Source: a virus
Strand: one strand, 5' to 3'
DNA: 64,000 nucleotides
Virus record (IMG/VR): IMGVR_UViG_640753038_000002
Under the pieces are notes generated by a model. That model made no database searches. It worked only from the letters and a program-made list of their open reading frames with translations, and was not told where the DNA came from. Each line of letters begins with the position of its first letter. Within the stretch, counting starts at the first letter, position 1. The position numbers and the translations under genes are program-made. This document shows positions 18,548 through 27,515 of the stretch, piece by piece.

Positions 18548-20638
18548 TTAACCGGCGAACGGGTTCTTTTGCAGGCCGCGCCAATCGAGCGTTTTCGCGC
18601 CGACGTCGAGACGAACCTTTACTTCAACACCATCGACGTCGAAGCCCATGCGGGTTTCAGTGTAGACGCCCTGCTGACCTTCAAGGTAGGCAAGTTCAAC
18701 CACATCAACCAAGCTGTTATCAGCGGCGAAGTAATAGTTCGTTGCCGACCCGGTGATGCCGTAACGAGCGATACCGCCGTCAAGGCGAGGTTCGGAAATC
18801 ACCGTCAGATTTTTGAGCGAAGCCGGAACCTGATCGCCATCCTTGGCCGGATAGATCGTGGTCAGGAACGTTTCGGCGTCCGTCTGCAATGCCTTGGGCA
18901 CAAGAATGTAAGAAGGAGACAGGTTCAGAACGGTTTTTCCGTCAAGGCCGGTCTGCAAGCTCATGCGCAAGCGTGCATTGGAAACAGTCGCCTTGCCGAT
19001 TGCGCCAGCAGTCAGAAGGTTCTTATGGTCAGCGTGGAAGAGGGCCTTGCCGTCACCCATAACCGGATTAGCAAGGATTTGCGCCCAAACTACATCGCTT
19101 TCAAGCTGTGCAGCCTGAACGCCGAAGGCACGCGGAATGCGAGTGAAAGCGCCAAGGTCGTCGTTGATAATGGTCTGGCGGGTGATGCCGATAACCTTAC
19201 CATAAGTTTCGATGCGGTACTTTTCACCAGCTTCGCCGACCGTTCCGCGCTTGAACTCGCCATGTTCGTTCACCTTATCGAACTGCGGAGCTTCGCCAAG
19301 CTGGACGCGGCTAACGTCCTTGAAGTCCGGCACGGTCGAGATACGAGTAAACGGACGGAAGGTCTGTGGCGCGGCTTCGTAGCCGGTCTTCAACGTTTTG
19401 TTCAGAACGTTTTCAAGAATGACCGGGAAATCGGAAGTCGAGTGAAGGCCACCGGAGCGCTGCGAAAGAGCGGAAGCGGCAAGTTCCATCTTCGACATAC
19501 CACGGGTACGAACCCCACGGCTTTCAAGGCATTCGCGGGCTACTTCCAGAAGGGACATTCCCATGAAGTCGCGAGCGCCATCAACAGTCAATGGATAAGC
19601 GCCGGGGTCCGCGCGGTGCAGGAGAGCGGCGGCAACAGCTTCGCCACGCGCTTCTTCGCGAGTATTGTCGATCACGGTTGCTCCGATCAGATGACCCGCA
19701 CCAAGCGGGCTATTTTTGCGTTCTTCGGTCACAAGCTTTTCAAGAAGAAGCTCGCGGAATTCTTCGACCGAAGTTCCGGCGGTGGCGTGTTCTGCTCCGA
19801 AATCTGCAACACCTGCGCGGGTGGCGAGGTCACGGATTTCCGAAGAGCGCTTGCGTTCACGTTCAACGGCTTCGCGAGCGGCTACTTCTGCGGCGCGAGT
19901 AACGTCAGCCTGCGAAATACCGGCCTGAGTGGCAACTGGAGCCGCGCCGCGCTGTTCGGTCGTTACTTCGGAATTATCCTTTACTTCGCTGCCGGTAGTT
20001 TCGTCCGCGCGAGCGTTATTCTTGTCAGCCATTTCAATGTCTCCATTGGCGTTTTCAGGGGCAGGGGCATCGCGCGTGACGACGATGCAGGGATAAGTTT
20101 GCTGGCCGTTCGCCTTATCGGCGGAACGGATTTGAGCGTCGGGGTCTGCGGGGATTGGCACTGCCGAAACTTCAAGCGGTTCCCAATCGACCACGCGGTG
20201 CAAGGGAACGTCGCCTTCCTGCCCTTCGGTCTTTACGACCTTGTGGACGCGGTAGCCGACAGACACGTTTCGGATGATGCCGTCGCGGATTTTTTGAACG
20301 GCGTCGGCGTCGCCCGGCGCACGCGAAAGCAAAACGCGGGCGGTTCCAACACCGTTTTCGATTTTGGCGGAGCCGGGAACGATTGAACCGAGAACGCGCG
20401 AGATATCGTAGCTATCGTGCGTATCGAGGAACGGTGCGCCAGCATTTAGGCGCTCAAGACGAATTGCCTGCGGCGTAACCTCAAGTTCTTCGTCATATGG
20501 GCCGTCCCACCAGCTATTGCGGCGAACACGCGCGCCGGTAGTCCAGACGATTTCGATTGTGTTTTCGTTTTCGTCAAAACTTTGCGCGCGAAAGCTCGCA
20601 TCCCGCCTTACGGCAGGAACAAGAATTTGCTGCTCCAT
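18548..20638 (-). CDS. Prohead protease-major capsid protein fusion
   Basis: N-terminal PFLDTH...RNVSVGY...EVSAVPIPAD protease; C-terminal STSDFP...VPDFK...ETYGKVIGITRQ...VEVKVRLD capsid. Confidence 0.93.
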   Translation of the reverse strand: MEQQILVPAVRRDASFRAQSFDENENTIEIVWTTGARVRRNSWWDGPYDEELEVTPQAIRLERLNAGAPFLDTHDSYDISRVLGSIVPGSAKIENGVGTARVLLSRAPGDADAVQKIRDGIIRNVSVGYRVHKVVKTEGQEGDVPLHRVVDWEPLEVSAVPIPADPDAQIRSADKANGQQTYPCIVVTRDAPAPENANGDIEMADKNNARADETTGSEVKDNSEVTTEQRGAAPVATQAGISQADVTRAAEVAAREAVERERKRSSEIRDLATRAGVADFGAEHATAGTSVEEFRELLLEKLVTEERKNSPLGAGHLIGATVIDNTREEARGEAVAAALLHRADPGAYPLTVDGARDFMGMSLLEVARECLESRGVRTRGMSKMELAASALSQRSGGLHSTSDFPVILENVLNKTLKTGYEAAPQTFRPFTRISTVPDFKDVSRVQLGEAPQFDKVNEHGEFKRGTVGEAGEKYRIETYGKVIGITRQTIINDDLGAFTRIPRAFGVQAAQLESDVVWAQILANPVMGDGKALFHADHKNLLTAGAIGKATVSNARLRMSLQTGLDGKTVLNLSPSYILVPKALQTDAETFLTTIYPAKDGDQVPASLKNLTVISEPRLDGGIARYGITGSATNYYFAADNSLVDVVELAYLEGQQGVYTETRMGFDVDGVEVKVRLDVGAKTLDWRGLQKNPFAG

Positions 20639-20643
20639 ACGGA

Positions 20644-22194
20644 TCAGTCCTTTGAGTTTTGAGAAGGGACGCCGCCGCCGTCGCCGGGCGGATCGGGTTC
20701 CATTTGGAACATACCCTGTTTGGTGACGTTACGCGGATCGGTGTCCAGAATGACCTTGCCCGCATCAAGCTTCGCGTTCCAGCCGATGGTTTCTTTCAAC
20801 ACAACGTCTGGATTGCGTCCGGTCGAGGAAATGGCATCAGGCATTGACCGAAGCCCGGCGCGAACCTCTGCGATAATTGCTTCCGCATCCTTCTTAGGAT
20901 CAGCCGAATAGAATTTCGGCGGGGTCCATTCTACAGGAACGTAAGGCGTATCGATCTTGCCGTCAGAGTAGGCCGCTTCGCAGAACCAATCCCATATTGG
21001 TTCGCAGAGCATCGGAATAACCATTTGCCACTGAACGGCTGAAACAAGCCGGGCAAATGGTTCGATGCCGATCTTTGAAGAAGCGTAACTTGCCTGCGAA
21101 AGATCGCCGGTCAGTAGGAAATAAGGAATACGGAAGCCAGCCGCGATAGTGTGCAGCATGGCCCGCTTGTATGCCTCATATTGGCTATTCGCGGCGGGCG
21201 TGTTGAACTTGATATCGTCCGCGCCTTCTGCGAACGCAAACATACCGGGTTCAAAGCGCTCGACCGGATAACCAGAGCCGTCGTAGACGCCGGGCTTGCG
21301 CACAACATCGTCAGCCTTAACCGGAATGCCTAAGCCTTCATCCTCATTCTTGCGAACGAGGATACCGACCATGCAGCTTTCAATCTTTTTGCGGACGATT
21401 TCAGCGCCTTCATATTCGCCTAGATCGTGGATAGGCGACATGACGGGCGATCCCCACGGGACGCCGCGCACCTGTGTTCGCTGCTTTTCGAACACATGGG
21501 CGATATCTTTGGCCGCAACAGGCTTGGAAATCAGTGCGGAGCGAGGATCAAGGTAAGTGTTTCCGGGGTGCGATTGGAAAAGCCAATAGTTGGCTCGCCT
21601 TCCTTCGGCATCGAATTCGATACCTTGAACAGCGATATTACCAGCGGAAAGCGGTCCTTCCTTCGCGCTATCGATCATGTCGGTTTCAAGGACTTGCAAT
21701 TGCAAGGGAACCGGCAATTTATCTTTGCGCGTCCGGCGGCGGCGACGAATAATACCGTCGCCACTCTCAATCATCCCGCGAATAGCGAGCGTTTGAAGCC
21801 CATAGAAATCAAGCCCGCCGTCCGCGTCGGCTTTCTTCGACCATTCGTCAAAAAGGTCATTGACCTTCTTGTCTTTTGCGTCGTCGCCCGTTTTGGCGCG
21901 TGGCATGATGCCGTCGCCGACAATATGCGTCACAAGCTGCGTTACTGCATTCGCAGCGTGCGGGTTATTTCGGACTAGCTCACGCATTCGATTGCGAAGG
22001 CGAGCGCCAGCACTTCCGATTTCGGCATCGGCGGACGTACCAGACGACCGCCAATTCCCATTCAGTCGCGAGCTTGTCGCACCATCGTAGCCCCGTGAAA
22101 GGACTTCAAGGACGGCACGCTGACGAACACGGCGCGCGGCAGCGCCGGGGGCAACCCATCCGATTGCCCGATCCAGAAAATTTAGCTTCGTCAT
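20644..22194 (-). CDS. Portal protein, lambda family
   Basis: RLRNRMRELVRNNPHA...RTQVRGVPW...LTGDLSQASYAS. Confidence 0.95.
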   Translation of the reverse strand: MTKLNFLDRAIGWVAPGAAARRVRQRAVLEVLSRGYDGATSSRLNGNWRSSGTSADAEIGSAGARLRNRMRELVRNNPHAANAVTQLVTHIVGDGIMPRAKTGDDAKDKKVNDLFDEWSKKADADGGLDFYGLQTLAIRGMIESGDGIIRRRRRTRKDKLPVPLQLQVLETDMIDSAKEGPLSAGNIAVQGIEFDAEGRRANYWLFQSHPGNTYLDPRSALISKPVAAKDIAHVFEKQRTQVRGVPWGSPVMSPIHDLGEYEGAEIVRKKIESCMVGILVRKNEDEGLGIPVKADDVVRKPGVYDGSGYPVERFEPGMFAFAEGADDIKFNTPAANSQYEAYKRAMLHTIAAGFRIPYFLLTGDLSQASYASSKIGIEPFARLVSAVQWQMVIPMLCEPIWDWFCEAAYSDGKIDTPYVPVEWTPPKFYSADPKKDAEAIIAEVRAGLRSMPDAISSTGRNPDVVLKETIGWNAKLDAGKVILDTDPRNVTKQGMFQMEPDPPGDGGGVPSQNSKD

Positions 22195-22397
22195 TAGAAC
22201 GCCGCCAAAATTCCGCGACGCCTGCGACCAGATAAGGCGGCTTTTTCGCCTTCTAACCAGTCAAGACGGGCCTTGAGGTCAGCAAAAGACGGGTATTCGG
22301 TTCGCTTAACGACGCCATTCGTGCGCGTTTCGACCACCTTGACCCCTAACGTGATTGCCTCACGAATTGCCGCGATTTCTTCGTCAAGTGTGGACAT
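22194..22397 (-). CDS. Head-completion protein (lambda gpW-like)
   Basis: 67 aa between terminase and portal; AIREAITLG...RTEY.S..DL. Confidence 0.8.
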   Translation of the reverse strand: MSTLDEEIAAIREAITLGVKVVETRTNGVVKRTEYPSFADLKARLDWLEGEKAALSGRRRRGILAAF

Positions 22398-22405
22398 AGC
22401 GACCT

Positions 22406-24541
22406 TTACCAGATGCTTTTTCGTCTTCCGCCGTCCGGGCGCATCCAGTCATCCCGGCGCGGTTGCGCGGGTGGCGGTGGCTGCGGCTGTTGAGGCGGGG
22501 TTTGGTTGACGTCCTCCCGCACAGCAGGGGGCACGACCGGGGCAGGTTGCACCGGCTCAATAGTCACAAGGTCCGCGCCTTCACCGACGCGAACTGTTCC
22601 TTCGGGGATCGTATGGACGCGAAGCATATAGGCCGCTGCCGCTGCCATGCTTTCGCAGTCCAAGAAGTGGTTGTCCTTGTGACGCGGTATCCATTGCGCC
22701 TTACCGTTGGCGGGATTGATCTTCCGACCTTCGGAAACGATCTGGCGCGCGTAATCTTCCGTCACGCCGCCAAAGATCGCACCGTCAGGCTCGACCAACC
22801 CCATAGGCAGATGAAAACTGCCGGGCCTGCCGATTTCCAAACGGACGCGGCTATGAACAAGCGACTTGAAATAGTCGGTGTCCAAGTGGATCAGCGTAAG
22901 CGAGCTTTTATGCCGCTTGCCGGTATGAGCTACTTCGACCTTGGAAGGTCGTAGCGGCGTCGTTTGCGTGTCTTTACCTTTGGTGGCGAAAATCCATCGT
23001 GGATAGCGCAAGGCGAACTCATAAACGCGGTGTTCATCGCCTGCGCCTGTCTTGTTCGGACGGAAACCGCTGTCGATGAAAACGCAGTCGATCATGCGCC
23101 CGTGGATTGGCGTTAGAAGGTACGTTTCGAGTTCATCCCATACGTTGCGATCCGACGTCGGGCCGTAAATCTGGCCGAAGTCGAGCAACCATGACGAACC
23201 GCGAGCGCCGAAGCCGCGAACGACATAGATCAGCGAGCGCTTTTGAACGTCCACGCCTGCGGTAATCCGAATGACTTCACGAGGAAGGTCGCCGATGCGG
23301 TATGGTAGCCGCTTCGTCATAACCTCTTGCCATTCAGGCGTTTCACCCAAGCCGCCGAGCGTATAACACTCACCGAAACCGGCGTTCATAGCGGTTTGGA
23401 TTTCGTTGTCGTCGCCGCTCGCTAGAGCGGACAGGTAGCGTTCGGCACGCTGACCCCATGTCCGAAAAGGACTGGCAAGACCCGATACCCAAAAGCTTAG
23501 CGTCGTACTGTCCGGCGGTGCGCCTTCGACTTCGCCGTCGCGATTGATTGTCTGACCGGGCGCGATGTACCGGCCACGATCATTCATCCAGCGCTTGGCG
23601 CTCAAATTCGACTTAACGACAGTTACGTTTTCGTCTTCATTGATTGTGCATCCGCAATGCGGGCACACAAGATAGGCGTCGCGGCGCGCTTGCGCTGGTG
23701 TGGCGTGTTTCGGCCAATGAAGGCACGAAAAGCGCGGCACGAAGTAATCTCCGCAATGCGGACAGGGCCAAGCCCAATGATACCGCGTACCTGACTGAAA
23801 AAGGGACCAGATAGGGCTTTGAACCGCTTCCGGGTCCGCGACCTTCCAGAATTCAAGCCCGGACACAGGGTCAATCTCCGTTTCGATATGGCCCTGCGAA
23901 GGCGTCGAAGTAACGACCGTAACGAAGTCGGCGTAAGTGTCGCCGCGCGCTTCCACAAGGCCGAGCGGATCGCCTTGCCCCTTAATGTTGGCAAGCATTT
24001 CATCGTATTCATCGACAATCGCAAGCGCTGCGGGGTCGGACTTGAGCGCCGATGAAGAGCCTGCATGAGCTAGGCGGATCGGAACGCCAGCGACGATTTT
24101 GCGCGTCTTCTTCATGCGCTTGCCGCGCTGCACCTTGCCAGAAAGGCGAGGCGCTTCATCGAGCAAGCCCATAAGGCGAGGTTCAAACTGTTCGGTTAGA
24201 AACTCTTTCGTTGGCGCGACCCACAAAATAGGTGCGGGCCGCTGGTCGAGCCGGTGGCCGACGATATCAAGTTCGCTGTCCGTCTTGCCCATCTGAGCGC
24301 CGAAGACGCCAACGACACGGCTTGCGCCGCTGCTATCGACTGCGCGTTCAAATGGGATGACGTAAGGCGTTAGACTAGGTTCGCGTGGACCGGGGACGCC
24401 CGCGCTTGCGGGGTATTGCCTGTTCTCCCTCGCCCACTGATCCGGTGTCAGCTTCGGCGGCACTTCCAAAAACGTCGCCGCCCGTTCGAAGAGTTGCGAC
24501 GGATGACCGGAGCGCGGACGCCATGCGGTTGCGGCTTGCAT
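22406..24541 (-). CDS. terL: Terminase large subunit (lambda gpA family); exact start uncertain
   Basis: GAQMGKT Walker A, IVDEYDE, STPS, WPCPHCG, AGVDVQK, FIDSG, NHFLDCE motifs. Confidence 0.95.
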   Translation of the reverse strand: MQAATAWRPRSGHPSQLFERAATFLEVPPKLTPDQWARENRQYPASAGVPGPREPSLTPYVIPFERAVDSSGASRVVGVFGAQMGKTDSELDIVGHRLDQRPAPILWVAPTKEFLTEQFEPRLMGLLDEAPRLSGKVQRGKRMKKTRKIVAGVPIRLAHAGSSSALKSDPAALAIVDEYDEMLANIKGQGDPLGLVEARGDTYADFVTVVTSTPSQGHIETEIDPVSGLEFWKVADPEAVQSPIWSLFQSGTRYHWAWPCPHCGDYFVPRFSCLHWPKHATPAQARRDAYLVCPHCGCTINEDENVTVVKSNLSAKRWMNDRGRYIAPGQTINRDGEVEGAPPDSTTLSFWVSGLASPFRTWGQRAERYLSALASGDDNEIQTAMNAGFGECYTLGGLGETPEWQEVMTKRLPYRIGDLPREVIRITAGVDVQKRSLIYVVRGFGARGSSWLLDFGQIYGPTSDRNVWDELETYLLTPIHGRMIDCVFIDSGFRPNKTGAGDEHRVYEFALRYPRWIFATKGKDTQTTPLRPSKVEVAHTGKRHKSSLTLIHLDTDYFKSLVHSRVRLEIGRPGSFHLPMGLVEPDGAIFGGVTEDYARQIVSEGRKINPANGKAQWIPRHKDNHFLDCESMAAAAAYMLRVHTIPEGTVRVGEGADLVTIEPVQPAPVVPPAVREDVNQTPPQQPQPPPPAQPRRDDWMRPDGGRRKSIW

Positions 24542-24947
24542 CGATTTCCTTTTCGATAAGCCTGCGCGTCGGCACATCGCGCGTTACTCGCGCTGGCAGG
24601 CCGCTAAGTTCGGCAACCACCACACCAAGAAGGAAATCTTGGGCGGCTGTTGCGTCGTCGGTTGGGATAAGCTCGCGTTTCTTTTCCGCGATACGAATTT
24701 GAATTTCCTCTGCGCGGGCATCGCGCACGCGGTTATCGGCAGAGGTTTTGTTCTGGTTCTTATTGTCTTCGCGTAGGGACTTGATGTAGCCCTGCACCAC
24801 GCCGACGAACGGAACCTTCCCGCGTGAAGGACGGGGGAAATACCCGGCCTTCGATAGTTGCCGGATACGCTCTTCGGAAATCATAAGAAGGCGCGCGGCC
24901 TGTCCAATGGAAATCAGGCCGCTACCCGGTTCGGTTTCGTCTGCCAT
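24375..24947 (-). CDS. terS: Terminase small subunit
   Basis: N-terminal HTH (ISIGQAARLLMISEERIRQL) plus coiled coil; directly upstream of terL. Confidence 0.85.
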   Translation of the reverse strand: MADETEPGSGLISIGQAARLLMISEERIRQLSKAGYFPRPSRGKVPFVGVVQGYIKSLREDNKNQNKTSADNRVRDARAEEIQIRIAEKKRELIPTDDATAAQDFLLGVVVAELSGLPARVTRDVPTRRLIEKEIDASRNRMASALRSSVATLRTGGDVFGSAAEADTGSVGEGEQAIPRKRGRPRSTRT

Positions 24948-25633
24948 TAGATTGCGGGTCGCTCATAGATAAATCCGGCAAAGTCACCAAAGCGGAAGAT
25001 CGGATCGAAGCCGGGAAGCTCCGCTTCCGTCATCGGTCTTTGGACGCCTGCCAGAGACAGTTCTTTTTGAATAATTTCGTCCGCCGGAGCGCCGTTTTCG
25101 TACTTTGCCGCAAGCGTAAGACGATAGATCACTGAGCCTAAATGACCGGCGCGCGCGGCCATCTTGTCGAAGACAAGAACAGCACCGCCCGGCTGGATCG
25201 CATTGACCATCCGACGAACTACGCCCGCGCGATCCGCAACAGGAACGAACATCAAAGCCAAGAAGGCGACGATCAAATCAGGCTTGTAAGGTTGGAAATC
25301 GAACGCCAAAACGTCGGAAACGATCATTTCGCCGGGGGCTTGATAACGCTCCGCCATATCGGCAGCATTGTCGATAGCAATCAACCGAGCTTGACGATCC
25401 GAAAGGGTCTTCGCAATGGCGCGACCGACATTGCCGGTTGAAGCTCCAACGTCAATTACCGTACCGTTTTCAGGCACATAATGGCGGGCGACGTGAGCGA
25501 CAATACCCGTTGCGATATCGTACCACGGCAGTTGTTCGCGCACATGGCTATCAAATGCCGCTGCTACTTCTGGCGTCTTGAAAGTCCAGTTCTCCGGTAT
25601 CTCGAATGTTTTTCCATGCGAATTGCTGGACAT
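24947..25633 (-). CDS. cmoA: CmoA (carboxy-SAM synthase)-like class I SAM-dependent enzyme
   Basis: WTF..VA..F..H...P.Y / D.G.S.G / IAIDN..M.ER / PGGA.L..DK / K..NG...EI.QK segments match CmoA as I recall it; stop overlaps the terS start (TAATG). Confidence 0.75.
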   Translation of the reverse strand: MSSNSHGKTFEIPENWTFKTPEVAAAFDSHVREQLPWYDIATGIVAHVARHYVPENGTVIDVGASTGNVGRAIAKTLSDRQARLIAIDNAADMAERYQAPGEMIVSDVLAFDFQPYKPDLIVAFLALMFVPVADRAGVVRRMVNAIQPGGAVLVFDKMAARAGHLGSVIYRLTLAAKYENGAPADEIIQKELSLAGVQRPMTEAELPGFDPIFRFGDFAGFIYERPAI

Positions 25634-25636
25634 ATT

Positions 25637-25665
25637 TTTCCAACCACTTTTTAGTCATTTCCAAC
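25637..25665. promoter_or_regulatory. Two TTTCCAAC direct repeats, 21 bp apart (putative operator)
   Basis: Copies at 25637-25644 and 25658-25665 in the divergent gap between the cmoA-like and DUF3489-like genes. Confidence 0.5.
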
Positions 25666-25693
25666 GGCGCTAGGCGTCGGGATTTGATGGAGA

Positions 25694-26260
25694 TTGAAAA
25701 TGACGAATTTGACTTCCGTAGAAGTGTCCAAGCTCACAGCAATTGTTACCGGCGGCGTATTCCACCGCTCCGCAACTCGTACCGAAGCGGTTAATCGCTT
25801 CCAGCGCGTTTGCGACGAAGCAAAGATCGCTTCACCGCTGATCTTTCTCGAAAAGCCGTTTGATATCGCTTCCGCCGAATTGTCGGTCGCGGTTAGCACT
25901 TGCAAGTCGCAGGTCGCCGAGGCTCCGCAGTCGCAATTGTCGTTCGAAGAGAACGAAGCGGAGGTCGTCAATTTCAGCGCTGCACGCAGCCTTATTCGTT
26001 CATCCGCTATCGATCTGGCTATCGCGACCAAGCCGCAGCCAAAGAAAGAAGCCAAAGAGCCGAAGGAACCGACCAAGCGCGAAGTTATGCTTGATATGGT
26101 ATGTAGTCCGGAAGGCGCTACCGAAGCCGAAATCTGCGAGCGGATCGGCTGGAAAGCCTGCGCGACGACGCTCAAGCGAGCCGCAAAGGCCGCTAACGTT
26201 ACTCTTCGCCTTGAGCGCCAGAAAGGCGCGAAATCACGCTTCTTCGGCACGCGGCCATAA
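25694..26260 (+). CDS. DUF3489-like protein with C-terminal winged HTH
   Basis: PTKREVMLDMVCSPEGATEAEICERIGW resembles DUF3489 (K...LI.ML.RPEGAT..EI...TGW). Confidence 0.6.
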   Translation: MKMTNLTSVEVSKLTAIVTGGVFHRSATRTEAVNRFQRVCDEAKIASPLIFLEKPFDIASAELSVAVSTCKSQVAEAPQSQLSFEENEAEVVNFSAARSLIRSSAIDLAIATKPQPKKEAKEPKEPTKREVMLDMVCSPEGATEAEICERIGWKACATTLKRAAKAANVTLRLERQKGAKSRFFGTRP

Positions 26261-26269
26261 CCCGCGTGC

Positions 26270-27343
26270 TTACCTGCCGATCTTGGCTAGAATTTCATCG
26301 CGAACGGTTGCCGCTATATGGCTCATCATTACCGGCGGCACCGCTCTTCCAATCCGTTCCCATTGCTGCGCATAGGTTCCGGTTAGCTTGAAGTCGTCGG
26401 GAAAACCGCCGATCCGCCGAAGCTCCGCGATACTGAACTTTCTCTTTTCAGTCGGATGCGTCACACCAGCGAGTGAAGCCGTCCCGCCCGCCGCCGTAAT
26501 TGTCGGCGACGGTTCGTTAGGGTCGGGCCGTACAAGCTGAAAATAGCGATCTGATTGACCGCCGGGATTTAGCTTGTCCCATTCTTCACCGATAGCAAAA
26601 CGCCCGATATCGGCTTCCGCTTCGACCGTAACTGCTATTCCGTTCGTCAACCATGGCAGCGCGTCGCTGATCGAATAGCGATACGAAAGAGGCTTAGGAA
26701 AGACCGGATTTAGGCCAAGGTCTTCGCGAACGCCCATAAAGATTAGACGCTGCCGCGCCTGCGGTACGCCAAGCCATTGAGCGTCAAGCAAACGCGCTTC
26801 AACCCGATATCCGCACGCCTTGAGCGCTGCAAGGATTTCGAGGAAATAGCCCTTTGCCGTGCCTTTGATTAGGCCGCTGACGTTCTCCGCAACGAAGACC
26901 TTCGGCTTGAGTTGGCGCAGAAGCCGAGCGTATTCGAAGAATAGATCATCGACGCGCTGTTCACTGTCGGAATACTTCTTTACCTGCCCCCACGCCTTTT
27001 CGCGCTTGCCTGCCGTCGAGAAAGACGCGCAAGGAGGCGAGCCGTCGAAAACGTCAAGTTCGCCCGGCTTGAGGCCGGTCGCTGCAAGGATTTCGTCTGC
27101 CGTGACCTGCCGGATATCGCGACCGTCAACAATCGTTCCGGGCCGCGCGTTGGCAAGGTACGTTTCGCGAGCGGCTTCGATAAACTCGGAAGCGAAAAGT
27201 ACACGAAAGCCCGCCATGCGATAGCCGGTTGAAGAGCCGCCACAGCCTGCAAAAGTCGAGATTACGTTATAGCCGTTCCACGGCATCGCGCTGACGTCGC
27301 TCATGAGCGGTACTTGATACGGCGGCTTGTCCAAGCTGGTCAT
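26270..27343 (-). CDS. C5-cytosine DNA methyltransferase-fold enzyme with motif-X Arg (putative carboxymethyltransferase, CmoX-like); ORF can extend to GTG at 27514
   Basis: Motif I FAGCGG, IV GSPPC, VI ENV, VIII QARQR, X ERIGRAVPP; AAGGA RBS before ATG 27343. Confidence 0.9.
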   Translation of the reverse strand: MTSLDKPPYQVPLMSDVSAMPWNGYNVISTFAGCGGSSTGYRMAGFRVLFASEFIEAARETYLANARPGTIVDGRDIRQVTADEILAATGLKPGELDVFDGSPPCASFSTAGKREKAWGQVKKYSDSEQRVDDLFFEYARLLRQLKPKVFVAENVSGLIKGTAKGYFLEILAALKACGYRVEARLLDAQWLGVPQARQRLIFMGVREDLGLNPVFPKPLSYRYSISDALPWLTNGIAVTVEAEADIGRFAIGEEWDKLNPGGQSDRYFQLVRPDPNEPSPTITAAGGTASLAGVTHPTEKRKFSIAELRRIGGFPDDFKLTGTYAQQWERIGRAVPPVMMSHIAATVRDEILAKIGR

Positions 27344-27515
27344 AGGTCGATCCTTGCCGTCGCGCTCAATAACGATATGGACCGGGCGACCGGCAACAAT
27401 CGCAGGTGACGGCGTATCGGTGCAGTCAATAAATTCATGAGCGGTGCCGGGGAACTTACGCGCGCCCGGCGTGTCCTTGAGCAAGCCTACTTGGCGCTCA
27501 ATCCAAATCCGCACT

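Noticed and set aside
18569-20386. 605-aa plus-strand ORF
   Set aside because: Antisense shadow of the protease-capsid gene; no motifs; expected in GC-rich, codon-biased DNA
26270-27514. MTase as half of a restriction-modification system
   Set aside because: No adjacent restriction endonuclease; neighbours are ParB-like, DUF3489-like, CmoA-like and terminase genes
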